From contig JBCBJQ010000025.1 in assembly GCA_038523235.1 (NCBI GenBank), positions 1-62,815 on the forward strand: DNA of 62,815 bases, written 5' to 3'. The first letter of the stretch is position 1. Every line of letters starts with the position of its first letter. Positions 29,807 through 41,387 of this stretch are shown one piece after another. A model generated the notes under the pieces. That model was given only the letters and a program-made list of their open reading frames with translations. It was not told where the DNA came from and did not search any database. This stretch comes from Cyanobacteria bacterium J06626_4 (GTDB lineage: Bacteria > Cyanobacteriota > Cyanobacteriia > Phormidesmidales > Phormidesmidaceae). The position numbers and the translations under genes are program-made.

Positions 29807-30574
29807 TTACGATTCTGTGACATTACTGGGCGCAGAAGTTTGGGTGGATACCTGCCTTAGCTGCTTCAGTTCCGGTCGGGTGAGCGGCCGAATTTTGCCG
29901 GGCGCTAAGTCGCCTAGGGAGATCGGCCCCACAGCGAGGCGATGCAATTGCTTGACCGGATGACCTAGCTGTTCGGCAGTCCGGCGAATTTGGCGATTTT
30001 GCCCTTCCCAAAGCACGATTTCGAGTTCGGTCTGATGAGGGCTCGCAGGGGGCACGATAGTGACTTGGGCGGGTTGGGTTGGGCGATCGCCCAACCTGAC
30101 CCCGCGCCGCCAGTGATCGAGCGTTGCTGCACTGGGTTGACCGGCCACCATCACCCGATAGATTTTAGGGAAATGATGGCGCGGATGCGTCAACCGATAG
30201 GTGAGATCGCCGTCATTTGTCAGCAACAGCGCTCCGGTTGAATTGTAGTCAAGCCGTCCCACCGGATGAATGCCTTGATTGTGAACAACGTTAGGGGGCA
30301 AAAACGCTAGAACTGTTTTCCGACCTTGCGGATCATGGCAGGTTGAGACGACTCTTAAAGGTTTATTCAGCAGGTAGTAGTGGCTTTCAGGGTGATTTTG
30401 AGCATTCAGTTCTTGACCATCGAGTTGAATGCGATCGTGCTCAGGGTTGGCCTTTTGTCCCAGTTCGGCGACCTGACCGTTGACGGATACTCGCCCCGCT
30501 TTAATCAGATTTTCGGCGTGGCGACGGGAGGCAATGCCCCAGCCTGACAACACTTTTTGTAATCTCTCTGCCAT
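29807..30574 (-). CDS. rRNA pseudouridine synthase (RsuA/RluB family)
   Basis: S4 domain ERLQKVLS..GIASRR; HPVGRLDYNSTGALLLTNDG; EGQNRQIRR. Confidence 0.93.
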   Translation of the reverse strand: MAERLQKVLSGWGIASRRHAENLIKAGRVSVNGQVAELGQKANPEHDRIQLDGQELNAQNHPESHYYLLNKPLRVVSTCHDPQGRKTVLAFLPPNVVHNQGIHPVGRLDYNSTGALLLTNDGDLTYRLTHPRHHFPKIYRVMVAGQPSAATLDHWRRGVRLGDRPTQPAQVTIVPPASPHQTELEIVLWEGQNRQIRRTAEQLGHPVKQLHRLAVGPISLGDLAPGKIRPLTRPELKQLRQVSTQTSAPSNVTES

Positions 30575-30760
30575 GCCTTGTACTGTCGTTGTCGGTGATA
30601 AAGAATCGCCGATATCAGTTTATCGAACTCAGTCGCCGCTGGTGACAGCGTTTGAGCGTCACCGTCTATGGTGAAGAAAAGCCTTGGCAACAGGCTCCTC
30701 AGCCCGTTTCTAGCCCGCCCCAAAAACGGTAGAGTGAGGGCACAGCGGTGAGGAATTATC

Positions 30761-31471
30761 TTGCTTGAGGCCTTACTAAATTTTACAGGGTGGCCGTTAC
30801 CCGTACTCCAGATCGGGCTGGTGGCAGCCTGGTTAGGAGTGGTCGGCTTAATTTCTCAGGGGCTGTATTTGACGCACTCCGTTTCTGGCGAAATCACTCG
30901 CAAAATCGTGCATATTGGGGCGGGCAATGTGATTTTGCTGGCCTGGTGGCTACAAACCCCAACCTGGATGGGCATTATGGCGTCGATCGCCTTCAGTCTA
31001 GTGGCGTTGCTCTCCTACTGGTTGCCCATCTTGCCCGGCATCAACAGCGTTGGTCGCACCAGTCTCGGCACCTTTTTTTATGCTGTCAGTATTGGTGTTT
31101 TGACCGCCACCTTTTGGCCGCAGGGGCTGCCTGAATTCGCCGTACTCGGCATTTTGACCATGACCTGGGGCGATGGCATGGCGGCCCTGGTGGGACAGTC
31201 AATCGGTCGTCATCCCTATCAGGTCTGGGAGATGAAAAAGAGTTGGGAAGGCACCAGCGCGATGGCTCTGGTGAGCTTCGCGGCGGGATGGCTGGTCTTA
31301 GGCAGCGTGTATGGCTTTACCCTGACGATGGGCGCGATCGCCCTGATTGTGGCCTTGTCGGCAACGCTGTTGGAGTCGTTCTCAAAATGGGGCATCGACA
31401 ACCTCACCGTACCGCTGTCCAGTGGTTTTTTTGCCTACGGGTTATGGGCTGTCATCGTGGCTAACCCCTAA
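30761..31471 (+). CDS. CTP-dependent phytol/dolichol kinase family membrane protein
   Basis: EITRKIVHIGAG, WGDGMAALVG, KKSWEGT, GIDNLTVP. Confidence 0.88.
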   Translation: MLEALLNFTGWPLPVLQIGLVAAWLGVVGLISQGLYLTHSVSGEITRKIVHIGAGNVILLAWWLQTPTWMGIMASIAFSLVALLSYWLPILPGINSVGRTSLGTFFYAVSIGVLTATFWPQGLPEFAVLGILTMTWGDGMAALVGQSIGRHPYQVWEMKKSWEGTSAMALVSFAAGWLVLGSVYGFTLTMGAIALIVALSATLLESFSKWGIDNLTVPLSSGFFAYGLWAVIVANP

Positions 31472-32328
31472 GCAGCTTTGAGAAAGGCCTGGACTTCTTT
31501 GAGGTAAATTTGTGGCGCTTCTAGCATCGGAAAGTGTCCCGTATTGCCGATTTCGACGTATTTAATTGCCTCAGGATTCAAATCTGCTGCCGCCTTACCC
31601 AACTTTGCGGGCGTGATCTGGTCGTACTGTCCTGACACCAGCAAACTTGGTACGGTGATCTGTCTAAAGGCGGCGGGCATCACTTCGGTCGCCCGCTTAC
31701 TCACCGCAGTGTAGACCGTCCCTAAGGCCACATCGCCATCGGCTTCTAAATAATCTTCAAGAAAAGCGACTTTTTCAGCAGCGGGGATCGGACTGCTGAG
31801 AAAACGAGACATAAACACGCGAGGAGCCAGGGGAATTCGCTTGAGCCAAGCCGGACGGAAGCCCACAACGTAGCCGCCAAATTTATAAAATGCCTCAAAG
31901 GATTTTTTATCGTACTCAAAAACGCCGTTGCAGGTCAGAATCGCCCGCTCAACGCGATGGCCATACTGGTTTAAAAAGAAAACGGCGACGGAAGCGCCGG
32001 TCGAGTGGGAGTTCAACCACACCGTCTCTAAATTAAACGTATCTAGGAGTGCGGCCAGATCATCGGCAAAGGTTTCAAGCTCATAGCCCCGTGCCAAAAC
32101 CGTCTCGCGATTTTCGGCAGCAATGTACGATCGCCCGAACCCCCGCATGTCATAGAGCAGACAGTCAAACTGGGAGCTAAGGGCCCGAGCCGTGGAACGC
32201 CAGTAGCGGCAGGAGCCCCCCCAACCGTGAATAAAGACCATAACCGGCTTGCCGCCAGGTTCTGCATCCCCCGTTTCGGTAACCCATTCGTAGTAGTGGT
32301 CAACGTCAGCAACTGAAACGTAGGGCAT
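31468..32328 (-). CDS. Alpha/beta fold hydrolase
   Basis: FIHGWGGS, YDMRGFGRS, SHSTGA nucleophile elbow, GHFPMLE. Confidence 0.9.
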   Translation of the reverse strand: MPYVSVADVDHYYEWVTETGDAEPGGKPVMVFIHGWGGSCRYWRSTARALSSQFDCLLYDMRGFGRSYIAAENRETVLARGYELETFADDLAALLDTFNLETVWLNSHSTGASVAVFFLNQYGHRVERAILTCNGVFEYDKKSFEAFYKFGGYVVGFRPAWLKRIPLAPRVFMSRFLSSPIPAAEKVAFLEDYLEADGDVALGTVYTAVSKRATEVMPAAFRQITVPSLLVSGQYDQITPAKLGKAAADLNPEAIKYVEIGNTGHFPMLEAPQIYLKEVQAFLKAA

Positions 32329-32339
32329 CTTGTGGCGCG

Positions 32340-33674
32340 TTAGGCAGACTCAGGCTTGGGCAAAGAGGAAGGGTGCAATAGCAGCTCAGCCGTGGAGCGT
32401 TGTTCGACCATTTCACGGGTAATCATGCAGCGCTTCACATCCTTGCGGGAGGGTAGCTCGTACATGACTTCGAGCATCAGTTCCTCAACAATACCGCGCA
32501 GGGCACGGGCTCCCGTTTTCCGGCGATAGGCCTCGCGGGCGATCGCGCGCACGGCATCTTGCTTAAACTCAAGCTGCACATTGTCCATACCCATCAGTTT
32601 TTGGAACTGTTTGACCAGGGCATTTTTCGGCTCGGTCATGATGGCTACGAGCATGTCTTCATCCAGGGGATCAACCACCGTCGTGGCTGGAATCCGGCCA
32701 ATAAACTCTGGGATCAAGCCGTATTTGACCAGATCCTGGGGTTCCAACTGCTTCAGAATATCTGCCGTGCGCTTCTCGCGTGAGGACTGACTGTCGCCGG
32801 GTTGAATGAAGCCCATGGATTTCTTGCCCACGCGCTGCTCCACTATTTTGTCGAGACCGACAAACGCCCCACCGCAAATAAACAGAATATTGCTAGTGTC
32901 GATTTGAATGCAGTCCTGGTAGGGATGCTTACGCCCCCCTTGAGGAGGCACGTTGGCGACGGTTCCTTCCAGCATCTTCAGCAGTGCTTGCTGCACCCCT
33001 TCGCCCGAGACGTCCCGGGTAATCGAGGGGTTCTCACTCTTGCGAGCAATCTTGTCAATCTCGTCGATGTAGATAATGCCGCGCTGGGCTTCTTCCACGT
33101 CTAAATCGGCGACCTGCAGCAATCGCAGCAGAATGTTTTCCACATCTTCGCCGACATAGCCCGCTTCGGTCAGCGTGGTGGCGTCTGCTACGGCAAACGG
33201 CACATCGAGAATTCTCGCCAGCGTCTGGGCTAGCAGCGTTTTACCAGAACCAGTGGGGCCAATGAGGAGAATATTGGCTTTCTGAATCTCAAGCCCTTCA
33301 TCCGCATTGTCGCCTTGACTTTGCAGATGGCTTAAGCGCTTGTAGTGGTTATAAACTGCCACTGACAGCACCTTCTTGGATTCGTCTTGACCAATTACAT
33401 GCTCGTCGAGATAGTTCTTGATCTCGCGCGGTTTGGGCACCTGGTTGAAGGCGATCGGCGAAGGGGTACGCCGTCGTTCGGGCGTCTGCTCGCGCCGGGG
33501 CACTGACTGCGGCACTGTGGCCCCAGAATCAAACAGCTCCTCATCTAAGATTTCGTTGCACAAGTCTACACATTCATCACAGATATAGACCCCAGGGCCG
33601 GCTATCAGTTTCCGAACCTGCTCTTGTGATTTACCACAAAAAGAACATTTGAGATGGGAGTCGTACTTAGACAT
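32340..33674 (-). CDS. clpX: ATP-dependent Clp protease ATP-binding subunit ClpX
   Basis: CSFCGKSQ...ICDEC Zn finger, [22 protein letters not shown]. Confidence 0.98.
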   Translation of the reverse strand: MSKYDSHLKCSFCGKSQEQVRKLIAGPGVYICDECVDLCNEILDEELFDSGATVPQSVPRREQTPERRRTPSPIAFNQVPKPREIKNYLDEHVIGQDESKKVLSVAVYNHYKRLSHLQSQGDNADEGLEIQKANILLIGPTGSGKTLLAQTLARILDVPFAVADATTLTEAGYVGEDVENILLRLLQVADLDVEEAQRGIIYIDEIDKIARKSENPSITRDVSGEGVQQALLKMLEGTVANVPPQGGRKHPYQDCIQIDTSNILFICGGAFVGLDKIVEQRVGKKSMGFIQPGDSQSSREKRTADILKQLEPQDLVKYGLIPEFIGRIPATTVVDPLDEDMLVAIMTEPKNALVKQFQKLMGMDNVQLEFKQDAVRAIAREAYRRKTGARALRGIVEELMLEVMYELPSRKDVKRCMITREMVEQRSTAELLLHPSSLPKPESA

Positions 33675-33683
33675 GGTGTACCC

Positions 33684-34364
33684 CTATTGCGATGCCGCAG
33701 CCGCCGTAGCCATGGTCAATGAGTCTTGTTCAAGCACTTGATCGATCAAACCGTAATTCTTTGCTTCTTCCGCCGACATATAAAAGTCACGCTCAGTGTC
33801 GGCCTCGATGCGCTCTAAAGGCTGTCCACTATGGTGGGCGATGAGCTCGTTCAGGCGCTGTTTGTGATAAAGGATTTCCCTGGCCTGAATTTCGATGTCA
33901 ACGGCCTGACCTTGAGCACCCCCCAGCGGCTGGTGAATCATGATGCGCGCACTCGGCAGTGACAACCGTTTACCAGGAGCCCCACCAGTGAGCAGAAACG
34001 CGCCCATACTAGCGGCCAAGCCAAAACAGATGGTCACGACATCAGGGCGAATTTGCTGCATCGTATCGTAAATCGCCATCCCTGCCGTCACCGACCCCCC
34101 CGGCGAATTGATATAGATTTGGACATCTTTTTCGGGTTCTTCGGCATCCAAAAACAAGAGCTGAGCCACGATCGCATCCGCGATTGCGTCATTTACCGGA
34201 GTGCCCAAAAAGATGATGCGTTCTCGCAACAAGCGCGAGTAGATGTCAAATGCCCGTTCGCCGCGCCCCGACTGCTCTACCACCATCGGCAGCATGTTGT
34301 GGAGCCCTTGGGAAAGAAGATTTTGACTAGAGACAGGGTGGTTTGTTAAAGATTGCAACACCAT
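33684..34364 (-). CDS. clpP: ATP-dependent Clp protease proteolytic subunit
   Basis: [41 protein letters not shown]. Confidence 0.97.
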   Translation of the reverse strand: MVLQSLTNHPVSSQNLLSQGLHNMLPMVVEQSGRGERAFDIYSRLLRERIIFLGTPVNDAIADAIVAQLLFLDAEEPEKDVQIYINSPGGSVTAGMAIYDTMQQIRPDVVTICFGLAASMGAFLLTGGAPGKRLSLPSARIMIHQPLGGAQGQAVDIEIQAREILYHKQRLNELIAHHSGQPLERIEADTERDFYMSAEEAKNYGLIDQVLEQDSLTMATAAAASQ

Positions 34365-34719
34365 TCAACCGGTTAATTTTCTGACGTCAATGCTTTTCAA
34401 AGGTTGCTCCGCTCCTGGGTGACGAAACCTGTGTCTACGCTTCACCCGTTCATCGCAAGCATCTCAAAAGCTGAGAAGCCCTACCAAAATCTTGGCAGTG
34501 ACTCTGAACAACATTATGCCTCAAGCCTCGACAAGCGTACCTGAGAAGCCAGGAATCGGCTACTCAGAAACCTGCCGCGTTTCCGCCCAAAGTTTAGAAC
34601 AGTTTGGCAGTTATGGCAGTTCTTTGGCTTCATTAATCTTTGAGTTTTATGAGCCAGGTCTCAGCGCCGAGGTAAATCCATCGGCTAGTGAGATCTGGCT
34701 ACCCATTACCGCTGGAGGA

Positions 34720-36258
34720 CTACGTCTCGTCTGCCGGTGCTGCGGCCTCTTCTGGCGCCGCCGCCGCTGTTTCCGGTTCTGCGTCAGGGGCTTCATCGAC
34801 TGCCGGTGCGGGCGTCGACTCTGGCTCAATCACTTCTGTAACGGGCGTCGCTTCGGCTTCAATCGTGGTCGGTGCGTCAGCAGATGCGGATACCGCTTCG
34901 CTCTCGGTGGCTTCAGCGTCCGCCGCTTCAGCGGCGGTTAAAGTGCCCTCTGGCACCAGCTCTACGGTGTTATTCGCCACCAGCCACTTCAAGATCTTTT
35001 CCTGGAGCAGCTCTTCATTGACGACTTCTTGCAAGCGGTCTTGATCAACCTCTTGGGGATTGCTGACCTCCGCCATCATTTCAGCCATCCGGGCCTTAAG
35101 GTCGGCTTCGTCAATCGTGACGGATTCTTGCTTGGCCACCTCGCCCAGCGTCAAGGTGCGTCTGAGCCGATCAATGGCTTCGGGCCGAGAGCGATCGCGC
35201 ATGTTCTCGACAATCTCGGCGGTCAGCATCTTGTTGATGTCAATGCCCTGGCGACTGAGCTGCACCGCAGCCTGTTGTACCAGGTGGTTCGCCTCGCGCC
35301 GAATCAGAGTTTCCGGAATCTCCGCTTCCAAATGCTTTAGCAGCTCATCTAAGAGTGCTTCGAATTGATTACTTTCAGTTTTGTCGCTGGCCTCGGTTTG
35401 AAAACGCTCCTCCAGAGAAGTGCGGAGCTCTGCTAACGTTTCAAACTCGCTCACTTCTTCGGCCAAATCGTCATCGAGCTCAGGCAATTCTTTCTCTTTG
35501 AGTTCCTTCAGGGTGACAGTAAATTGTGTTGCCTTACCGGCTAAGTCTTCTTGAGGATAGCTCTCGGGAAACGTCAGGTTGAGCTCTCTGGTTTCGTCCA
35601 GCGTCAGGCCCACCATGCCTTCGACAAATCCGTCGATAAAGCCCCCTGCCTTGAGCTCTAGCTGAAAGTCTTCGGCACTACCGCCTTCAAAGGCTTCGTA
35701 GGTGCCATCAGCCTGCTCAATCTTGCCCGCAAAGTCAATGACAGCCACATCCCCCATTTGCGCGCCGCGATCTTCAATCGGCACTAGAGTGGCCAAATTG
35801 AGCCGATATTGCTCCAGCACCTCATCGACTTGGCTGTCGTCATATTTGATCTCTTCGGCCTGCACGCTCAAGCCGGTGTACTGGGCTAATGTGACCCGAG
35901 GCGGCACGTCTACTGAGGCTTGAAAGGTCAGCACCTCACCGGGACTGTATTGCTGAATCAGCTCTTCAAACTCAGAGGTGAGTTGATAATTGCCGATCGC
36001 CTCAATGGATTCTTGCTTGATGGCCTGCTCAACCGCCGTTTGTACCAGTTCTTCGAGCGCGGTGGCCTTGATTTGTGCCGTGCCAAATCGCTGCAGAAAC
36101 ACCTGACGGGGCACCTTGCCGGGGCGAAATCCCGGAATCCGCACGGTTTTGATCAGCTTTTGTAGGACTTTCTCATAGGTTTGCTTAGAAACCTCAGCGG
36201 GGATTTCAATTTCTAGCCCCACTTGACTGTCGGGCAGTTGTTCTTGAGTAACTTTCAT
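34720..36258 (-). CDS. tig: Trigger factor
   Basis: IPGFRPGKVP ribosome-binding motif, PPIase domain, position upstream of clpP-clpX. Confidence 0.96.
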   Translation of the reverse strand: MKVTQEQLPDSQVGLEIEIPAEVSKQTYEKVLQKLIKTVRIPGFRPGKVPRQVFLQRFGTAQIKATALEELVQTAVEQAIKQESIEAIGNYQLTSEFEELIQQYSPGEVLTFQASVDVPPRVTLAQYTGLSVQAEEIKYDDSQVDEVLEQYRLNLATLVPIEDRGAQMGDVAVIDFAGKIEQADGTYEAFEGGSAEDFQLELKAGGFIDGFVEGMVGLTLDETRELNLTFPESYPQEDLAGKATQFTVTLKELKEKELPELDDDLAEEVSEFETLAELRTSLEERFQTEASDKTESNQFEALLDELLKHLEAEIPETLIRREANHLVQQAAVQLSRQGIDINKMLTAEIVENMRDRSRPEAIDRLRRTLTLGEVAKQESVTIDEADLKARMAEMMAEVSNPQEVDQDRLQEVVNEELLQEKILKWLVANNTVELVPEGTLTAAEAADAEATESEAVSASADAPTTIEAEATPVTEVIEPESTPAPAVDEAPDAEPETAAAAPEEAAAPADET

Positions 36259-36573
36259 GAAGAGTCCTACTTCCTGTGCAATATCGTTGAAAATTTAAAA
36301 GAACACCCCTGCAAAAGGAAGGTCGTTCTGAGTACTAGAGCTGTTGAAATTTAACGGCAGTTAGTTATCATACTGCATTCACGTGGCAACTACACCTCGC
36401 TTCTCAGCGGCATCTTTTAAGATTCAGTTGCTCAAAAAATGAGACGATTTCAGGATGCGCTCGGAGGCCTGAAGGATGGATGGGAGACCATGCCAGGTTC
36501 TTGGTGGGGAGCGTCAGCGGGCGCTGTATCTAGTAGCCCTGTCGGAAAAATTGAGAATTTCAAGGAGAACACA

Positions 36574-37617
36574 ATGAGGTCTGAAGGATATCGGGTAGCG
36601 ATTGTCGGGGCGACTGGGGCCGTTGGGGCCGAGCTATTGACATTGCTGGCAGAGCGTCAGTTTCCCGTGGCTGAACTAAAACTGTTGGCTTCGCCCCGAT
36701 CTGCTGGGAAGACGCTGTTGTTCCGCGATCAGTCGATCACTGTGCAGGCTTTGAGCGATCGCGCCTTTGACGATGTAGATGTGGTGCTGGTGTCTGCCGG
36801 AGCGAGTATCTCCCGCGAGTGGGCACCCAAAGCCGCTGCCGCTGGAGCCGTCGTGATTGATAATTCCAGCGCCTTTAGGATGGAGCCGCAAACGCCGCTG
36901 GTGGTACCTGAGGTTAACCCGCAGGCCGCTGCTGATCACCAGGGCATCATCGCCAATCCCAACTGCACAACTATTCTAATGGCGTTGGCTATTTGGCCAC
37001 TGCACCAGATTCAACCCATTCAGCGGGTAGTGGTGGCGACATACCAATCGGCCAGTGGGGCTGGGGCGCAAGCGATGGCTGAGGTGAAGGAACAAGCCCA
37101 AGCGATTTTGGCGGGCACTGAGCCCCCCACCAAGGCGTTTCCCTATCCGTTGGCGTTCAATCTCTTCCCTCACAATTCGCCACTTGATGAGGCGGGTTAC
37201 TGCCAAGAAGAGATGAAAATGGTGAACGAGACGCGCAAGATTTTTGCCGAGCCGACGCTACGGATTACCGCCACCTGCATTCGGGTGCCTGTCTTAAGGG
37301 CGCATTCTGAAGCCATTAACCTAGAGTTTGCGGCGCCTTTTGCCCCGGCCCGGGCGCGCGCAGCGCTGCTGGAATCGCCCGGAGTCACCCTGGTCGAAGA
37401 TTGGCAGGCGAACTATTTTCCGATGCCTCAAGACGCCAGTGGTCAAGACAACGTCCTCGTGGGACGTATTCGTCAAGATCTCTCTCATCCCAACGGCTTA
37501 GAGCTGTGGCTGAGCGGCGATCAAATTCGCAAAGGCGCCGCCCTCAATGCGGTGCAAATTGCTGAGCTGCTTGTGCAAAAGCAGTGGCTCAAGCCCACCG
37601 CCTCGGTGCTGTCGTGA
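36574..37617 (+). CDS. asd: Aspartate-semialdehyde dehydrogenase
   Basis: VAIVGATGAVG, IIANPNCTT, YQSASGAG, DQIRKGAALNAVQIAE. Start at ATG 36574, downstream of AAGGAG. Confidence 0.97.
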   Translation: MRSEGYRVAIVGATGAVGAELLTLLAERQFPVAELKLLASPRSAGKTLLFRDQSITVQALSDRAFDDVDVVLVSAGASISREWAPKAAAAGAVVIDNSSAFRMEPQTPLVVPEVNPQAAADHQGIIANPNCTTILMALAIWPLHQIQPIQRVVVATYQSASGAGAQAMAEVKEQAQAILAGTEPPTKAFPYPLAFNLFPHNSPLDEAGYCQEEMKMVNETRKIFAEPTLRITATCIRVPVLRAHSEAINLEFAAPFAPARARAALLESPGVTLVEDWQANYFPMPQDASGQDNVLVGRIRQDLSHPNGLELWLSGDQIRKGAALNAVQIAELLVQKQWLKPTASVLS

Positions 37618-37933
37618 ATTCAGAGGCAGCGTTGCCAGTCTGAGTGCCCGCTGGCAAAGACGACCCTGGGGGCTATGAGCCGTTAGTCCTCAAGGTCCGT
37701 ACTGCCGCAGTTTCAGCCCCTCGCTTAATTGGTGGAGAGAGGCGGACAGGTGGGTTCCATCAGATTGTGTTGTTCGCTGATGCCCCCCACTTAGCGAATA
37801 TTCAGTCCCTGGAGGCTATGGTGTTCCGGCCTGATGGTTGCTATCGTATTGCTGACCCTAGCCGGAGGGTTGAGTCGATTGCACCGGCGCTTGCCTTTAA
37901 AGCACTCTTGAACTGAGAAAGGATTGTGTCAGC

Positions 37934-38809
37934 GTGGGATATTTCGGACGAGTATTGACCGCCATGGTGACGCCCTTTGCGGATGACGGCAGTGTCAATT
38001 ACTCGGTGGCAGAAGCGCTCGCGGCTCATCTGGTCGATAACGGCAGTGATGGCTTGGTGGTCTGTGGCACGACGGGGGAATCGCCGACTCTGTCGTGGGA
38101 TGAAGAGTTTCAGCTATTTAAATGTGTCAAATCAGCGGTGGGCGATCGCGCCAAAATCATTGCCGGCACGGGCTCTAACTCGACCCAGGAGGCGATCGAG
38201 GCGACCCGCAAAGCCGCTGCTCTGCAGCTCGATGGCACCCTGCAGGTGGTGCCCTACTACAACAAGCCGCCTCAAGCTGGGTTGCATCATCATTTCAGGG
38301 CGATCGCCGAAGCGGTGCCAGACTCTCCGGTAATGCTTTACAATGTGCCTGGGCGTTCTGGTTGTGGACTAGCTGTTGACACCGTCGCTCGCTTGACTGA
38401 GGTGCCCAACATCGTCGCTATTAAGGAAGCCAGCGGCAACCTTGACTACGCCAGTCATTTGAAATCGCAGGTGCCGTCAACATTTTCTTTGTACTCTGGT
38501 GATGACTCTCTGACGCTGCCGCTGTTGGCAATTGGCGGATGCGGCGTTGTTAGTGTTGCTAGCCATTTAGTAGGCAATCGTCTACAAAACATGATTCAAG
38601 CCTTTGAAGCGGGTAAGATAGGGTCAGCAGCTGAGGAACATCTGAGCTTATTTCCTCTGTTCAAAGCACTTTTCCTAGAGCCTAATCCCATACCGGTCAA
38701 GGCGGCGCTCTCGCTGCAGGGCTGGCAAGTTGGCTCCCTCCGTTCTCCTCTGGTGCCGGCGAGCGATGCTGTTCAACAAGAGCTGAAGGCTCTATTGCAG
38801 CTCTTTTGA
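37934..38809 (+). CDS. dapA: 4-hydroxy-tetrahydrodipicolinate synthase
   Basis: [36 protein letters not shown]. Confidence 0.97.
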   Translation: MGYFGRVLTAMVTPFADDGSVNYSVAEALAAHLVDNGSDGLVVCGTTGESPTLSWDEEFQLFKCVKSAVGDRAKIIAGTGSNSTQEAIEATRKAAALQLDGTLQVVPYYNKPPQAGLHHHFRAIAEAVPDSPVMLYNVPGRSGCGLAVDTVARLTEVPNIVAIKEASGNLDYASHLKSQVPSTFSLYSGDDSLTLPLLAIGGCGVVSVASHLVGNRLQNMIQAFEAGKIGSAAEEHLSLFPLFKALFLEPNPIPVKAALSLQGWQVGSLRSPLVPASDAVQQELKALLQLF

Positions 38810-39182
38810 TGATGGGATTTTTAGGTTCGTACCGGCTAAAGCTTTTTGACAATCAAATAGACTTCATCTGCCTTGCTTATCAACATTTATTCTGTTTCTT
38901 CGTACCCTATGGCTCACGTTTCAATTCTTTCAGTTTCCGCAGCTTTGGTTGACTTAGCTCAGTTTTGTCTGTTCCTGAACCGCGACAAAGGTCTCTGCGG
39001 ACAGCTTTAATGGCGGCGATTTAACGGCACCTGCTCCGATGCTGCGTTGGTTTCCATGCAGGGCAGGCTGTTAATCCTAGTCGAACCACATTTTTCCCTT
39101 GTCATTGCCAGTTGTTCTCTCTGGCTTTTCGAAAGTTTTCTGTACAGCCATTTTTGGCACTCTTTACTCGATCTGAAACTAT

Positions 39183-40928
39183 ATGACTCAAAAAAACTCT
39201 GATTCAAAACTCAAAATCATTCCCCTCGGCGGGCTCCACGAAATTGGCAAAAACACCTGTGTGTTTGAGATCAATGATGAAATTATTCTCCTGGATGCGG
39301 GTTTAGCGTTCCCGACCGATGGCATGCATGGCGTCAATATTGTGCTGCCCGATGTGACCTATCTGCGCGAAAACCAGCACAAGATTAAGGGCATGATTGT
39401 CACCCATGGCCATGAGGACCATATCGGGGGTATCGCCTTTCATCTCAAGCAGTTTGACATCCCCGTGATTTACGGCCCCCGCTTGGCTATGGCCCTGTTA
39501 GAAGGCAAATTAGAGGAAGCTGGGGTCAGCGATCGCACTGAGTTGCGGCCTGTGCGCCCGCGCGACGTCGTTCGACTCGGCAAATCCTTCATGGTGGAAT
39601 ACATTCGCAATACCCATTCCATCGCCGATAGCTGCAGCGTGGCCATTCATACCCCCTTGGGTGTGGTGATTCACACGGGTGACTTCAAGTTTGACCATAC
39701 CCCGGTGGATGGTGAATATTTCGACGTGCAAAAGCTGGCAGAGTATGGCGAAAAAGGCGTCCTCTGCTTGATTAGCGACTCGACCAACTCCGAGGTGCCT
39801 GGTCATACCCCGTCCGAGCGATCGGTTTTCCCGAACCTTGATCGGGCCTTTTCTCAGGCAGATGGACGCTTGATCGTGACGACGTTCTCCTCGTCCGTGC
39901 ATCGCGTCAATATGATCTTAGAACTGGCCAAAAAGCATCATCGCATGGTCTTTGTCCTGGGCCGGTCAATGCTCAACGTGATTGCCCATGCGCGGGCCCT
40001 GGGCTACATCAAGTGCGAAGAGGATCGCTTTCAACCCCTGCGTAATCTCCGGCAATACTCCGATCGCGACGTCATGATTTTGACGACGGGGTCGCAAGGG
40101 GAACCGATGGCGGCGCTGACTCGCATTGCTAACGGTTCTCACCGTGACATCAAAATTCGGGAAGGCGATACCGTGGTCTTGTCAGCTAACCCGATTCCCG
40201 GCAACACGATCTCCGTCGTTAACAACATTGATAAGTTGATGATGAAGGGCGCCAAGGTGATTTACGGCAAGCATCAGGGCATTCACGTCTCCGGTCATGG
40301 TGCCCAAGAAGATCAGAAGCTGATGTTGGCGCTGACCCGGCCCAAATTCTTTTTACCGGTGCATGGCGAACACCGCATGTTGGTCAAGCATTCGCAGACC
40401 GCCCAAAGTATGGGGGTACCGGCTGAAAATATGGTCATCATTGACAACGGCGACATTGTTGAGCTGACCCAAAGCAGCATTGGCGTCGCTGGCAAGGTGC
40501 CGTCGGGCATTGAGCTAGTCGATTCTTCTCGTCAGGGTGTGGTTGATCGCAATACCTTGCGCGATCGCCAACAGCTGGCTGAAGACGGCATCATTACTGT
40601 GGCGGCGATTGTCGGCAGCAATGGGAAGCTCATGACGCCCCCGAGCGTCGATATTCGCGGCATTTCTCAGACCCTTAACATTGAGCGCTTTCAGAGTAAG
40701 GTCGCTGATTTAATTGGGCGGATTTTGCGAGAGCGGTCGTCGAAAAATGGCCTTGAGGAGGATGGCTTGAAATCGGCGATTGAGTCAGAACTGCGCCGCT
40801 TGATTCGGAAAGAGCTGCCCAAGCGCTATCCGGTCATCGTGTTGCTGCTTAACCGCGTAGAGTCTCCCAACGTGGGCAGACCGGCACCAAAATCCAACAA
40901 GCCGGAACCGGTCTTGACGGCATCCTAA
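39183..40928 (+). CDS. rnj: Ribonuclease J
   Basis: PLGGLHEIGKN, THGHEDHIGG, HTGDFKFD, HVSGHG, PVHGE. Confidence 0.97.
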   Translation: MTQKNSDSKLKIIPLGGLHEIGKNTCVFEINDEIILLDAGLAFPTDGMHGVNIVLPDVTYLRENQHKIKGMIVTHGHEDHIGGIAFHLKQFDIPVIYGPRLAMALLEGKLEEAGVSDRTELRPVRPRDVVRLGKSFMVEYIRNTHSIADSCSVAIHTPLGVVIHTGDFKFDHTPVDGEYFDVQKLAEYGEKGVLCLISDSTNSEVPGHTPSERSVFPNLDRAFSQADGRLIVTTFSSSVHRVNMILELAKKHHRMVFVLGRSMLNVIAHARALGYIKCEEDRFQPLRNLRQYSDRDVMILTTGSQGEPMAALTRIANGSHRDIKIREGDTVVLSANPIPGNTISVVNNIDKLMMKGAKVIYGKHQGIHVSGHGAQEDQKLMLALTRPKFFLPVHGEHRMLVKHSQTAQSMGVPAENMVIIDNGDIVELTQSSIGVAGKVPSGIELVDSSRQGVVDRNTLRDRQQLAEDGIITVAAIVGSNGKLMTPPSVDIRGISQTLNIERFQSKVADLIGRILRERSSKNGLEEDGLKSAIESELRRLIRKELPKRYPVIVLLLNRVESPNVGRPAPKSNKPEPVLTAS

Positions 40929-41387
40929 GAACCCGCGCAAGTTGCCTGACAAAGCTACTTCACAAAAGTTAATAGCGCTTAGCGATTGCCTATTCAGGGC
41001 TAGAGCGTCGGCTGGATACTGCAGTCTGTTCGTTCTGGCTCGCTAGCGCTATAATGCTCCCAACAGAAGCGACTGAGCTTTCAGGCTTGAGCGTTGTCAA
41101 GCAGCTTATGGCCTGTGCAGACGCATTACCAAAGGCTTCTGTCAGAATTTTTTAGATTCGACAAAGATTTTGGTGGTACTAGGAAAGCCAACTCAAATGA
41201 CTGTCTGAGATTGTTGGACGACTCAGGATGGTTTGTTGCGAGTGCCGGTCTTTGTTCTGGTGCTTTTGATGCGGCTGATTTGCTTGTGAAATGGCCCGGT
41301 TGCTTTTGAAGACAGAATTGTTTCGCTGATTCTCTCCTGTGACGTTAGAGAAAGGAGAAGAGTCTTTATGAGTTTTGAGGATGTTGA

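Noticed and set aside
34720..34960. Long acidic Ala/Glu/Pro tail on trigger factor and the antisense Ala/Ser-rich ORF 34688..35044
   Set aside because: Disordered tails are common on cyanobacterial Tig; the antisense ORF is a shadow frame.
36286..36355. Repeated GTTGAAA(A)TTTAA in the tig/asd divergent promoter
   Set aside because: Two AT-rich copies could be a regulator site, but chance cannot be excluded and no factor can be assigned.
37618..37933. Possible lysine riboswitch or 90-aa ORF between asd and dapA
   Set aside because: It starts with AGAGGC and has a small hairpin, but I cannot find the rest of the L-box architecture. The ORF 37644..37916 has no recognisable features.
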